64,000 bases of DNA, taken from the NCBI GenBank assembly GCA_030390025.1, contig CM059432.1:88104001-88168000 (forward strand). Direction: 5' to 3'. The position numbers and the translations under genes are program-made. This DNA comes from Squalus acanthias (lineage: Eukaryota). The notes beneath the pieces were generated by a model that was not told the DNA's origin, made no database searches, and saw nothing but the letters and a program-made list of their open reading frames with translations. Shown here in pieces: positions 36,261-50,910 of the stretch. How positions within the stretch are numbered: position 1 is the first letter of the stretch; the number at the start of each line of letters is the position of its first letter.

Positions 36261-37604
36261 ATAATAGCATGGGAATATGAACAACGACTTTGAATATGTG
36301 AGGACAGCCTTGAAACCTTAACTATTCACCTATAGATTAGAGCTTATAGCTTTAAACTTCCTCGTTAATCAACCCCATAGAGAGCCGCGACTGTCTGTTA
36401 ACGGAGAGAGAGAAAATTGAGGCTGTGACCTAGTTGGAATGAGAGACAGTAAATGGAAATAAGTGGGGTTTTTTGCGAGCTTGGAGCACAAGCCTCAGAT
36501 TTTATGGTTTATTGTTTGGCATCTCTTCTAAATTTGCTGCCATGGTTTTTGTTTGCAACAGAGAAGGGGGCAGCTATCACTCTCTGGAAGTCGCTTGGTA
36601 TCCCCAATTCAATAGTCAGGTATGTCTACAATGAACAATTGGACTGATCAAATTCCTATGTCAGATGAGATACAGGGGCTTATACCTGAAACCTGGCATA
36701 GCCATGACCTTTGACAATGCCAGAAGATCTGGAACACCAATATCCAACCCTGCAAACTCCTCATAGGTATGGTTAGCATCTCGTGACACAGGGTTCTAGA
36801 CATTTTGAAATAATGTTTTACTCTGAGTAATGGGGACTTCATAAAATAGTACTGACAATAATAGGTTAAAATATCTTCTTCACAAATGGAATAAACTGGG
36901 TTTTTGTTTTCATTCACCAATTGCATCAAATTAAGTTATTTATATTGCGCCTATGGCAAGATTCCCAAGACATCCTGTTATTATGGTAATTAAGTGGCGG
37001 AAGAATGAGAAAAACTACAAAAAAAGCTTCAGCAACTACCAATAATCTTTTAAACTAAAACTTTGGTTTCCTCCAAATGATCCAGTGGTTGAGAATAAAT
37101 GTCAGAAAATTAAAGCATTTATCTTCAGAGGCAAAGAGAACAGTGTTTCATAGAAATATTACTTTGAAAACTCTGTTGTAATTAAAACTAATTATGGACT
37201 CTAGACATTTGGAGCTTCACTTACAAATTGGTTGGTTATCCTATTTCCTTTGAACAAGAAAGCAGACTTTATGATTGTACTGCCTCCTTGACTCATTTAC
37301 TGAAATTACAGTGGTGGAATCCAAAGGACGTGCATCTGGTTTTGTACAAACTAAACCCTATTTATTGTTAATAAGCTGTCAGCAAATTTCAGCCAGCCCT
37401 ACTCCAGCTCTTTCAAGAAAGAAAGGTCACCAGCAAACATAGCTTCATCACCTTTTAAACAATGTGCTATTTAAAGGTCAATTCAATTTCGTAAAAATGC
37501 GTCAGTAGTACTTTCATAAGACTAAAAACTGTTATTTTTAGGAAAATGGCAATGACTGATTGAAACCTGTACGTTAGTGTACACTGCACTCTTTTTCTTT
37601 GAAA

Positions 37605-38155
37605 GAACATAAGGGCATAAGGACATAAGAAATAGGAGCAGGAGTAGGCCATTTGGCCCTTCGACCCTGCTCCGTCATTCAATAAGATCATGGCTGATCT
37701 TCTACCTCATCTCCACTTTCCTGCACTATCCCTATATCCCTTGATTCCCTTAATATCCAAAAATCTATCGATCTCTGTCTTGAATATACTCAACAACTGA
37801 GCATCCACAGCCCTCTAGGGTGTAAAATTTTAAAAAAAATCACCACTCTCTAAGTGAAGAAATTTCTCCTCATCTCAGTCCTAAATGGCTGACCCCTTAT
37901 TCTGAGACTGTGACCCCTGGTTCTAGACTCCCCAGCCAGGGGAAACATCCTCCCTGCATCTACCCTGTCAAGCCCTGTAAGAATTTTGTATGTTTCAATG
38001 AGATTATCTCCCATTCTTCTAAACTCTAGAGAATATAGGCCTAGTCTACTCAATCTCTCCTCATAGGACAATGCCCCCATCCCAGGAACCAGTCTAGTGA
38101 ACCTTCGTTGCACTCCCTCTATGGCAAGTATATCCTTCCTTAGGTAAGGAGACCA
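37605..38155 (-). mobile_element. CR1 LINE 3' end
   Basis: QRRFTRL, LYSLEFRRM; CATAAGAA tail repeats. Confidence 0.85.
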
Positions 38156-41100
38156 TGGTGACCATGGCCTTGAACTTCTTCGCGTTGGGCACCTTCCAGG
38201 CTGGAGCAGGCGACATCTGTAACATCTCCCAGTTCACCGCCAATTCCTCAATAAGGGAGATGCGCGAGGCTCTGCATGCAAGGAGAGCCGAATCTATTTC
38301 ATTCTTTCTTGCCAGAGAGAAGCAGGTGGAGCGAGCAAGAGGCTTCGCGAGGATAGAAGGCTTCCCCATGATGCAGGGTGCCATTGACTGCACACACGTC
38401 GCTTTGTGAGCGCCGCATCTCAATACGGAAATGTACCGCAGCTGGAAGAGATTCCACTCCCTCAATGTCCAGCTGGGGTGCAACCATACACAGCGCATCA
38501 TGAAAGTTAATGCTCGGTATCCTGGCAGCAGCCACATACTCCTCAGATAATGAAGCAGTCCATGCCCACATGCAACAAGACCTGGATGACGTTCAGGCTT
38601 GGGTTGATGTGTGGCGCGAATGTTACCTGCCACTTAAGTGCCAGGCAATGACTATCTCCAACAAGCGAGAGTCTAACCACTGCCCCTTGACATTCAACGG
38701 CATTGTCATCGCCGAATCTCCCACCATCAACATTCTGGGGGTCACCATTGACCAGAAACTTAACTGGATCAGCCACATAAATACTGTGGCAACAAGAGCA
38801 GTTCAGAGGCTAGGTATTCTGCGGCGAGTGTCTCACCTCCTGACTCCCCAAAGCCTTTCCACCATCTACAAGGCACAATTAAGGAGTGTGATGGAATACT
38901 CTCCACTTGCCTGGATGAGTGCAGCTCCAACAACACTCAAGAAGCTCGACACCATCCAGGACAAAGCAGCCCGCTTAATTGGCACCCCATCCACCACCTT
39001 AAACATTCACTCCCTCCACCACCGGCGTACCGTGGCTGCAGTGTGTACCATCTACAAGATGCACTGGAGCAACTCGCCAAGGCTTCTTCAACAGCACCTC
39101 CCAAACCCATGACCTCTACCACCTAGAAGGACAAGGGCAGCAGGCGCATGGGAACACCACCACCTCCAAGTTCCCCTCCAAGTCGCACACCATCCTGACT
39201 TGGAAGTATATTGCCGATCCTTCATCGTCGCTGGGTCAAAATCCTGGAACTCCCCCCCTAACAGCACTGTGGGAGTACCTTCACCACACGGACTGCAGCA
39301 GTTCAAGAAGGCGGCTCACCACTACCTTCTCAAGGGCAATTAGGGATGGGCAATAAATGCTGGTCTTGCCAGTGATGCCCACATCCCAGGAAAGAATTAA
39401 AAAAAAACCATGATGCCTTCGTTCTGTGGCTGTCTGTACCATCAGTATTTGAGCCACCACAACAAACCAGAGGCTGGCTACTGGGTGACAAGATCTATCC
39501 GCTGACCACCTAGCTCTTGACTCCTCTGCGCAACCCAACCAGACATGGACAGCAGCATATAACGAAAGCCATGCTGCCACACGGAATCTGACAGAGCAGA
39601 CTATTGGCTTCCTTAAACAACGGTTCCGCTGCCTAGACCGCTCTGGAGGAGTCCTGCAGTACTCACCAGAGTGCATCTCAAGATTCGTCGTGGTCTGTTG
39701 CATCCTCCACAACCTCGCCATCATGAGGGCACAGCCCTTGCCACTAGGCAAACGGTGACCAACTGATGATGAGGAGGAAGAAGAAGCCGAGGAGGAGGAA
39801 GTGGAAGGGAGGAGGCAACCTAGACAGCCCCTTTCTGCCATGCTGTCGGTGATCGAATCTTCCGACTGTGGTACCAGTGAACGCATTCCCAATTCCACAT
39901 TCAACAATAATCCCAAACCTTACTTTCCCTCTGTTAATGACAATCACAGCGCCTCTTGGCCACAATGCAGAAATAAAAGCCCCACAAAACAAACATTCCA
40001 AACCAATTAATGAATCAAACCATTACAATATTTCATTCAAAAGTCAGCTAATCACGCTTGTGCATTCCCTTAGTACCTGTCTTCAGTGTGCCTTTGCCTG
40101 TCCTGGTGCTCCTATGTAGTGCTACCCCAGTGGCTGCAGCATGGGTGGTGGAAGGCTGCTGACTTTCAATGGGGTGGGGGGAGACTGCAGATGGCCTTGC
40201 AGGGTGACCTTGAGCAGCTCTGGGCCTAGAAGGCCCTGCTTCATACTGCACTGGCATAGGCAGCAGCAGTCTGGGCTGGCTGGCTGACAGGCAACAGCAA
40301 GGACACTGGTGGAAAGGCAGTGGTGGGAGGACAAATGTTGTCATCCTGAGAGATGACAGCAGGTTCGTCTACCATGGAGCCACAGCCACTCTCCTAAGGC
40401 AGTGCTTCAGCAATCCTAGTAATCTGCTGGAGAACAGATTGCTTGAACGTTGTGACAACCTGCAAACCCCTTTCATGATGGCAGCAAGCTGAGCCTGCAT
40501 GACTTCAGTCTGAGCTTCCATTACAGCCCTCAGATGTTGGGTGGCTTCTGCTTGTGCTGCAATGGAAACTGAGACATCGGCCATCAGATGCTACATGATG
40601 GTTGGGTACACAAATACGTTACTAGATCTGCCCACCCCTTCCACACTAGAAATGATGGGCTCCACGCATTGCGCAAAGCCCTGTTAAAGGCTGGAGTTGG
40701 ACTCCTCCATGTTCCTTGACATTGCATTCAGGCTTTCTGGCAGGCCTGCCAATACACCAAGCATTTTGTTGTGCATACCCATCAGCTTTCTTCTGTAGGC
40801 CGTCCCATCAAAGTTCTCATCTGAGTCTTGTGCAGCAAAACTTGTGTGCAACCTTGCCCTCCAGGGAGCTGGCATCTGTGCTACCTTTCCCCCCTGCCCT
40901 GGCTGCAGGCCACTGCTGCCCGGTAACTCACCACATACAGATCCCGCCTCTAAGCTACCCTCTAAAGTCCGCGCAGTGCCAATATCTGAGCTGGTGGCTG
41001 CGAGTGTCAGATCCAGTGACGCTGTTTCTTCTTCATCATCACTCTCCTCTCCCTCTTTCTCTTGCACTACTGGCTGGCCAGGTTGGATTTATTGGGTCCC

Positions 41101-42255
41101 TGAAATGAGAAAGGCAGAAGGGTAGGGTGGTGGTAAGGGGAAGGAGTGGGGGGAAAAGCAAGAGCTGCATACTTACATCATCTGCAGCTTGTAAGTCAGA
41201 AGAGATTCTGGGATGAGGGTGAAGTGGGATGTGAGAAGGAGGAATAAGTATGAGCTTGCTGTCATCTTCAATGGTTTCAACGCTGCCACTGGCCACGGCC
41301 TTAGTCACAGCCACTCCAATTACAGCGAGCACCAACCATCTGGAGCAGGGTCAGGATATGGAGGCGCGCCTGTTCCCCTCCAGTTAGCTGCAGCTGCTTA
41401 TGATGGTGCCACCTTGTCCTGCAAGAGAGAGGGAAGTGTGTAAGTGAGTGTGGTTCACTGTGTTTGGGTGCTGTGGCTGCCATGGTTCAATATCTGGCAG
41501 TGTGTGCAAGTTGTGAGATGTGGGTGTGAGGCTTGCAGCAGTGGTAAATGTGTGAGGGTGAGATGGAGCATATGAATGTGAGGTATGAAATGTGATTGAT
41601 ATAGATTGTTGGTAGGTGAGTAATGGGGGTGTGGTAAATTGAGCAGTGTGTGAGGCTAGTGTTGCAGTTTGTGGGATATGGCGTTTGAAGATGAATTTAC
41701 TAACCTTGACCGCTCATGTGAGGTCATTTAGCTTCTTCCTGTACTACATCCAGGTCCTCGGGGCTACATTGCTTGCATTGACAGTGACAGCCATCTGCTC
41801 CCATTCCCTTCTCAGCGTCTGTCTGGAGGGCCTCCTGGCCCCCTGTGGATACAGGACATCTCTCCTCCTGTCCACCTTGAATGCTGCATCAGAAAATCTG
41901 GGAGCCCTCTCTCTGCCATGTTGTGGCATCTTTACTCTTCCTGTAGGTCACACACTTCTCCACAACGACTTCCAGTACCTGCTGCAGCCAGAATGCACCT
42001 CCCCTTTAAGATGTGCAGGCTGGCTTTAAGAAATGCAGTCTAGCTTTAATTGGTGCTAGCCTCGCACAAACTTGGGCCCCCTGCTGAGCATGCAACCACT
42101 CAGCAGTGTGTTTAGTGCTGAGCTACACGGCACTGTCATTATAATTAGCAGGCAGCACGAAGTCTGCATGCTGCCTACATCGGAAAGAACAGGCGCAGGT
42201 TAATTGCGCATCAAGATCCCGCGTCCATTTTTGGGGGCTATCCAATTTTTAGCCC
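38155..42255. mobile_element. second degraded Harbinger copy (transposase +, Myb -)
   Basis: ALNFFALGTFQ, GFPMMQGAIDCTHVAL, LHNLAI; Myb RERAPRFSDAA at 41929; TIR CCAATTTTTAGCCC ending 42255. Confidence 0.85.
38538..39410 (+). mobile_element. LINE family B 3' fragment inserted in the Harbinger transposase
   Basis: ORF 38510-39112 LGVTIDQKLNW...; family-B tail and poly(A). Confidence 0.88.
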
Positions 42256-44699
42256 AAAATATCTTATGATCTTGCCTCTCTTTGACTGCTTTGTCTTGGA
42301 GTTGCTTTGTAAATCTTTTTCTCTTCCTTTTCCTGTAGAGTCTTCCTAAGATCAGGAGACTGAGGAGGTGGAACAACAGAGCAGATTGTGTCAAGCATTC
42401 CTTTGCTTCCCCCCACCCCCCTACAGATACTAGAACCTTTGAGAATGTAGTTAGTCAGTTAAACGAAGGTGCATAGGGTGATTCATTACTCACAATGAGG
42501 AAGATTAATGAAGGTGGAGGGAAAGTCACAAGAATGATCTCGCCAGACTGCAAGCCCATGATGTATCTTTACTGTATGGACAAGAGATTGTTATTGTACT
42601 GGGCCAACCTTCAGATGGGAGTTGATGCAAGAGCAAAAAGGATTTTCTGTATCCTTTGAGTCCATCTTGAGCAGCCTGCAGCAGCTGGCAGACAATGTGC
42701 AGCAGTGCACATCCAACATCGCTGCAGTCCTACATGATGCAGATTAACATTGAGTGAGTGGCATCTTCATGGCCATTTGCAGGGGGATCTCAAAGCACAG
42801 AGGGAGCAAACGCATAACAACTCCCTCCCAAAAATGTTGCGATCAGTGCCATTGAGAATTTGCGCTCCTACTTACTGGAGTCTTTCTCTGCTGGAAAGAG
42901 CAGTAATAGCCATATCGGAGTCACCTTACAGACTGCTCTCATGCATATTGCTGGTCATCCAGCTGGCATGCTCAACACCAGAGGCATAGCAGGAGAACAG
43001 TCTGATAAGGTGCCTTCCTCTCATGGTATCTACACAGCCTCCCACTCCAGCAAGAATTGATGAAGTGCCAGAGAACAGTCAGCTGTAAGATGTGGCTCCA
43101 GCTGTTGCAGGGACATCTCATCACCTTGCGCCCAGAGGTTAAGGGCCATGACTATCCAATGGCAATGCACCACCACAGTTGGCCCTTCAACTCAGTAAGC
43201 ATTTACAACAGCTTGAGGTGAGGTAAGAGGACTACCACTAGTTATAATCACTGGAGGTCATTTTAACTTTCAGCGATGGTGTAAAACGGGCGATATTGGA
43301 TCAGTTGTCTGTTATACACCCTGCACGATTTTCCTTTCCATTGACTTCAAATAACAGGCTGGGGCTGGGGTCTCCCCAAGCCAGGATTTCACACTTCTGG
43401 ACCTAGAAAGCATTGCAGCTATACTCAGTGAGATGAGGTGTACTCACCTCCATTGGGTGTATGTAGGCCCCACTGGTGATTTCCAGTTTAGACAGGTAGC
43501 CTGGACCCGCAGATCAGCCCCCTTATTCTGGGTGCTGATTGGACCAGTGCCAGTCCTTGAGGCCTTGGCAACCCTCACCCCCTGGGTGGAAAGAGGCCAG
43601 AGATTCATGCATCCTGAAGTGCATTTGCACCTGCCTGTCCCATGCCAATGAGGTACCTTCCTACTGATCCTGCAAACTCCAGCAGGGTCAGCAGGGTCAG
43701 CACTGGAGGGCACCATTGGGTGTGATCCCAACATAACCAGCAGGATCACAACCCGAACAACTTTGAGGCCAGTGACATAAAAAGAATGACATAATGGGAA
43801 AGAAGTAGATGGCCAGTTACAGGAGGAGAGATTGTTTTTGTCTATAAGCAATACAATAGAAGATTAACTATATTATAATACAATGAAGAGAATTTCCTCA
43901 GGAGTTCTCCCGATTGGCTGCCATGACTTTAGCAGAAGATTGGTGGAAATGCCAGTTAGACATGTAATCGGGGTTTCTGCTGGAGTTACGGCAGCCGATC
44001 GGGAGAACCCAGTGGAAATTCCCAGGGATTATACATTACATGGTATAACACTCCTGTCATTATAAAATAGTGCAACTCACCATCAGCAATGTCATGCCAG
44101 AGCCACTGAGTAAATAGAAATATTGCTGGAAATTGTCATCCACTGATCTTAAAATGTAAAAAACGAGGTTAACATGAAATGCTGCTTCTGTTTTTGTAGT
44201 TGCATTATGGGTTTATTGCTTTGTGGAGCAGTACAGATCATACTGTGATCGTGTATCCTTTTAGCTGTGTAAGCTGGTTTACTTTGGTACAGTCTTTTGC
44301 AGCTGTATTAATTGGCTGGCAGTCAACATCACAGAGATGAAATGTTATGCTACAAAAATGAAACAATATTTACCTTTAAACCACCTAACAAATGAAACTA
44401 AAGTTCCCCATACCAACTAATGGGCAGTGTATAATTACAACATGCATGAAGTCTTTTCTCGTGGTTGATGTCAAAAGGAAGCGCATGAAGACTTATTTCA
44501 AAGTAAACATTAACTGAAACCAGTAATAACATTTTGGCACCTTGTTTTTCCAAATTCGTCTAACATTTCCAATTTAAATAATGCTGACTCCAACACCTCC
44601 AGCTTTCACTATTCAGCAGTGAAAAACTCAAATAATTAGCAGTAACCTCTGGTTGATCTGTGTTGGATCCAGATCTAGCACCTTTAAAAAGTAAACACT

Positions 44700-44884
44700 G
44701 GGGTGAAATTCAACTTTGGCGGTGGTGCAAAATGGGTGGTAGCGGACTGGCTGCCTGTGATACTCCCTGCCCCATTTTCTGTTCCATTGACTTTAATGGA
44801 AAGGAATATCGGGCGAGTTATATAACGGGCAGCTGATCTGTGACTGTCCGTTTCCCACCCCCGCCAATGTTGAATTTTACCTCC
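44700..44884. mobile_element. short MITE
   Basis: GGGGTGAAATTCAAC ... GTTGAATTTTACCTCC; related partial copies near 8700-8826 and 43254-43350. Confidence 0.6.
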
Positions 44885-47016
44885 GATATAATCATTAAAT
44901 CAGTTGCTAAGGGAATTAAGTTTTGAATGTTTGTACATATGTATATTTTAAGCTATAAGGAAATGAAAATATTCACCTTCAGGAATTTGTTTTCAAATTC
45001 TTCACATCTGTTATCAAAAGGTCAAATAAATCTTCTCTCAGCCCTTTTCACAATCACTGTTAACTGTTCCCCAACCATCATATTATGGTATCGTCCAACA
45101 GTCTCATTAATTTATTACAGTTAAGCAAGTTTGTAGGTACAGTTTTTTGGTTGGTGTGTGGTGGTTGCATCCGTCTCTGGCTGTAAACGTTAGCAAATCA
45201 ATTTCCTCTAATTCGTCCACTTTTTGAGACAAATAATCAGACTCTTCCTTTAGATGAAGCATTTCTGGGGGGTTTCTAATGATTTAATATGTATTTTTCC
45301 AACTAGACTGAGACTGCACCAATAGAAATGTGAAAACAATGAAATGGTTGTTTTAGTAAATGGCACAGACTCAATTCAGGGAGCCACGGGCGATCTGTGA
45401 AATATCATTCAGGCAGCAGTACGGACAAGCATTCATCAGGCTATTCATGCACTTTGCAGGAGAGCAGGAAAATTCATCATCGTTAGCATCACAGCAAGGA
45501 AGCAGTGAGATGGGACCATTCACTTTTGTGGGCTTTCTGACTTCCCCAAGGCGAAGGGTGTAATCAATCGTAGGCTAATGGGTCTCATTAAGACCCTGAA
45601 AATATTAAAGCAGATTGGCTGTTGGCACCCAATATTCTGACTCCAACCCGCAGCACTTCCAGTGCAAGAGTGACGTATAAAGACAGCAGGAAAATGTTCA
45701 ACTGAGCTGACCATGCAGTATTGGGTGCGATCATCTCATTCTTGGACAGGCATTCAGAGTACCTGAACAGTGCTTGCATCGGTAGTGCTGTACAGGGAAT
45801 GGCACTGTGTTGAGATTTGGGAGGAATCTTCAGTGGAGATCCCCTTCACATGGTTGCTACTAGTTTGAGATGAGATACCAATATTGGAACTGATATAATA
45901 TCCCAATATTACTTTCAAGATATCCTTTTGGTTATTATGTGGAAGCCTGAAACATAACATTCAAGTACCAAGTAGAGAATGATTGGTGGAATCTCACTAG
46001 GTTTGCATTAAATCAACCAGACACTGGGCATGCTGTGACCAATGGGCTCTGTAATATTATGTTGGCTTACACAATCTACAGACTTTTAAATCCAAACTTT
46101 GGCATTGCTTAACCATTACTTCTTGATTTATCTTGTTAGCTCTGCTATTCTATTCAACCTTCGTGGTGCCTTGTAATACCCATGTTTCTCATTTTAAGTG
46201 AATGTACATGGTTGTTGAATTTACAATCTACACTCTTCACAAATATGTATAGCCTGTGTTGCAAGGGGCTGTATTGCCCTATTAAGTGTTCTGGTATTGT
46301 GGTTAAGGAGATGAAGGAATAGCACCCGAACACTATGGATGATGCGGCCCTATCGAGGATACTGTCATATCCCATCACCCAATGTTTCCCTCAAAGATTT
46401 GCCCCTGGATTGTACTTAGGTGCATGTCGTCTACCTCCACCCTTTCCTCAGCCACACTAGGTTCCTTGTGCTGGGCAGATAATTCCTCCTTTGACAGAAT
46501 GAGGATTTGCTATTGTTCTTATACTGATGACACAAAGATATAGAGAATATAAGGTTCAGAAGTTGTGTAATTCGTGTTTATAAAATGAATGACTATATAA
46601 TAGTACTTTGCAAGAAAAAGGATTGATGAAGACTATTTTGAACTTCTAACAAAAAAGCAACAAGTTATAAAACAGCATGGGATGAGAAAAGACCATCTCA
46701 GGCCTTCAGAGTTGCTTTCTCCATTCATCAAACACACACTACCCCATCATAAGCTCTACATAAATACTCCTTGTTCTCACAAAGGCAATCAAGCAAAGTT
46801 CCAGGACATCCATCCAGGACAAACAGCAGGGGCAACAGAGGGCACCAGTGCCAAGTGCCCTGTACAAATCTTTCAAATTTGTCAGCAGTGCAAGGAGTAC
46901 CTTGAGTGCTACATTTAGAATCTTAGGTTTCCGTTGTGTATTTGCATTTAACAGTGTTTCTCCTCTTTCTACCTGAGTGGGTGGAAAAACACAGACATCT
47001 ACATAAATCAACCGGT

Positions 47017-49230
47017 ACACCATTGACCAGAAACTTAATTGGATCAGCCATGTAAATACTATGGCTACAAGAGCAGGTCAGAGGCTGTGTATTCTGCGGC
47101 GAGTGACTCATCTCCTGACTCCCCAAAGCCTCTCCACCATCTACAAGGCACAAGTCAAGAGTGTGATGAAATACTTGCCTGGATGAGTGAAGTTCCAACA
47201 ACACTCAAGAAGCTTGACACCATCCAGGACAAAGCAGCTCGCTTGATTGGCACCCCATCCACCACCTTAAACATTCACTCCCTCCACCACCGGCATACCA
47301 TGGCTGCAGTGTATACCATCTACAAGATGCACTGCAGCAACTTGCCAAGTCTTCTTCGACAACACCTCCCAAACCTGCGACCTCTACCAGCTAGAAGGAC
47401 AAGGGCAGCAGGTGCATGGGAACACCAACGACTGACTAAAAGTTCCCCTCCAAGTCACATACCATCCTAACTTGGGAATATATCACCGTTCCTTCATCAC
47501 CACTGGGTCAAAATCCTGGTACTCCCTACCTAATGCAAAAATTGGCCGTGTGGTCGATAGTGAGGAAGAAAGCTGTAGACTGCAGGAAGATATCAATGGA
47601 CTGGTCAGGTGGGCAGAAAAGTGGCAAATAGAATTCAATCCGGGGAAGTGTAAGGTAATGCATTTGGGGAGGGCAACAAGGCAAAGGAATACACAATAAA
47701 TGGTGGGATACTGAGAAGTGTAGAGGAACAGAGGGACCTTGGAGTGCATGTCCACAAATCCCTGAAAGTAGCAGGACAGGTAGATAAGCTGGTTAAGAAG
47801 GCATACGGGATGCTTTCCTTTATTAGCTGAGGCATAGAATATAAGAGCAGGGAGGTTATGCTAGAACTGTATAAAACATTAGTTAGGCCACTGCTAGAGT
47901 ACTGCATACAGTTCTGGTCACCACATTACAGGAAAGATGTGATCGCACTAGAGAGGCTACAGAGGAGATTTGTGAGGATGTTGCCAGGACTGGAGAATTT
48001 TAGCTAAGAGGAAAGATTGGATAGGCTGGAGTTGTTTTCTCTGGAACAGAGGATGCTGAAGGGAGATGAGGTGTATACAATTATGAGGGGCCTAGATAGA
48101 GTGGATAGGAAGGACCTCTTTCCCTTAGCAGAGAGGTCAATAACCAGAGGGGATAGATATAAAGTAATTCTTTTTAATTCGTTCCTGGGGTGTGGGCATT
48201 GCTGGCAAGGCCAGCATTTATTGCCCATCCCTAATTGCCCTTGAGAAGGTGGTGGTGAGCTGTCTTCTTGAACTGCTGCAGTCTGCGTAGTGAAGGAACT
48301 CCCACAGTGTTGTTAGGTAGGGAGTTCCAGGATTTTGACCCAGCGACGATGAAGGAACAGTGAGATATTTCCAAGTCAGGATGGTGTGTGACTTGGAGGG
48401 GAACTTGGAGGTGATGGTGTTCCCATGCACCTGCTGCCCTTGTCCTTCTAGGTGGTAGAGGTGACAGGTTTGGGAGGTGTGTTTCTGCAGTGCATCTTGT
48501 AGACACTGCAGCCATGGTGCATTGTTGGTGGAGGGAGTGAATGTTTAAGGTAGTGGATGGGGTGCTAATCAAGCGGGCTGCTTTTTCCTGGATGGTGTTG
48601 AGCTTCTTGAGTGTTGTTGGAGCTGCACTCATCCAGGCAAGTGGAGAGTATTCCATCGCACTCATTACTTGTGCCTTGTAGATGGTGGAAAGGCTTTGGG
48701 GAGTCAGGAGGTGAGACACTTGCCTCAGAATGTCCAGCCTCTGACCTGTTCTTGTAGCCGCAGTATTTATGTGGCTGGTCCAATTAGGTTTCTGGTCAAT
48801 GGTGACCCCCCAGGATGTTGATAGTGGGGGATTCGGCGATGGTTATGCCATTGAATGTCAAGTGGCAGTGGTTAGATGCTCTCTTGTTGGAGATAGTCAT
48901 TGCCTGGCACTTGTGTGAACATAAGAACATAAGAAATAGGAGCAGGAGTAGGCCATTTGGCCCTTCGAGCCTGCTCCGCCATTCAATAAGATCATGGCCG
49001 ATCTTTTACCTCATCTTCACTTTCCTGCACTATCCCCATATCCCTTGATTCCTTTAATATTCAAAAATCTATCAATCTCTGTCTTGAATATACTCAACAA
49101 CTGAGCCTTTGCAGCCCTCTGGGGTAGAGAATTCCAAAGATTCACCACCGTCTGAGTGGAGAAATTCCTCCTCATCTCAGTCCTAAATGGCGAACCCCTT
49201 ATTCTGAGACTGTGTCCCCTGGTTCTAGAC
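47017..49230. mobile_element. cluster of LINE fragments: family B + 47017-47530, CR1 + 47530-48165, family B - 48170-48916, CR1 - 48917-49230
   Basis: ORF-track peptides and tails match the two LINE families. Confidence 0.8.
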
Positions 49231-50910
49231 TGACGGGGAACCAAGGGTCGAATGAGGGTGAGGAACTTAACGTAATTAATATGAGTAGAGAAAAAATACT
49301 AGCGAAAATAATGGGACTAAAAGCCAACAAATCCCCTGGCCCTGACGGCCTACATCCTAGGGTTCTAAAAGAGGTGGCTGAAGAGATAGTGGATGCATTG
49401 GTTTTGATTTTACAAAATTCCCTAGATTCTAGCATGGTCCCAGCAGATTGGAAGGTCGCAAATGTAACACCACTATTCAAGAAAGGAGGGAGAGAAAAAA
49501 CAGGAAACTACAGGCCAGTTAGCCTGACATCAGTCGTCGGGAAAATGCTGGAATCCATTGTTAAGGAAGTGGTATCAAGTCACTCAGAAAATCATAACAT
49601 GTTTAGGCAGAGTCAACATGGTTTTATGAAAGGGAAATTGTGTTTGACAATTTTATTAGAGTTTTTTGAGGATGTAACTAACAGGGTAGATAAAGGGGAA
49701 CCAGTGGATGTAGTATATTTGGATTTCCAAAAGGCATTTGATAAGGTGCCACATAAAAGGTTATTACACAAGATTAGGGCTCATGGGGTTGGGGGTAATA
49801 TAATAGCATGGATAGGGATTGGTTAACGGACAGAAAACAGAGAGTGGGGTGAAACAGATCTTTTTCAGGTTGGCAAGCTGTAACTAGTGGGGTGCCGCAA
49901 GGATCAGTGTTGGGGCATCAGCTATTTACAATCTATATTAATGACCTGGATGAAGGGACCGAGTGTAATGTATCCAAGTTTGCTGATGATACAAAGCTAG
50001 GTGGGACAGTAAGCTGTGAGGAGAACACAAAGGGTCTGCAAAGGGATATAGATAGACTAAGTGAGTGGGCAGTAAGGTGGCAAGTGGAGTATAATGTAGG
50101 GAAATGTGAGGTTATTTACTTTGGTAGGAAGAATAGAAAAACAGAATATTTTTTAAATGGTGAGAAACTTTCAAATGTTAGTGTTCAGAGAGATTTGGGT
50201 GTCCTCGTGCAAGAAACACAGAAAACTAGCATGCAGGTACAGCAAGCAATAAGGAAGGCAAATGGCACGTTAGCATTTATTGCAAGGGGGTTGAAGTATA
50301 AGAGTAAGGAAGTCTTGCTACAATTGTACAGGGCCTTGGTGAGGCCACACCTGGAGTACTGTGCACAGTTTTGGTCTCCTTATCTAAGGAAGGATATACT
50401 TGTCTTGGAGGCGGTGCAACGAAGGTTCACTAGATTGATTCCTGGATTGAGAGGGCTGTCCTTTGATGAGAGATTGTGTAGAATGGGCCTATACTCTCTG
50501 GAGTTTAGAAGAATGAGAGGTGATCTCATTGAAACATACAAGATTCTAAAGGGGATTGACAGGGTAGATGCTGAGAGGTTGTTTCCCCTGGCTGGAGTGT
50601 TTAGAACTAGGGGGCATAGTCTCAGGATAAGGGGTCAGCCATTTAAAACTGAGATGAGGAGAAATTTCTTCACTCAGAGGGTTGTGAATCTTTGGAATTC
50701 TCTGCCCCAGAGGGCTGTGAATGCTGACTCTTTGAGTATATTCAAGGCTGAGATAGATAGATTTTTGGATTCTAGGGGAATCCAGGGATATGGAGATCGG
50801 GCGGGAAAGTGGAGTTGAGGTCGATGATCAGCCATGATCTTATTGAATGGCGGAGCAGGCTTGAGGGGCCGTATGGCCTACTCCTGCTCTTATTTGTTAT
50901 GTTCTTATGT
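49231..50910 (+). mobile_element. CR1 LINE, RT to 3' end, one frameshift
   Basis: SPGPDGLHPR, NYRPVSL, YLDFQKAFD, PQGSVLG, FADD; TTATG tail repeats. Confidence 0.92.

Noticed and set aside
43444..43851. 135-aa minus-strand ORF ending at a GAG|GTGAGT donor
   Set aside because: No identifiable homology, acceptor or partner exons
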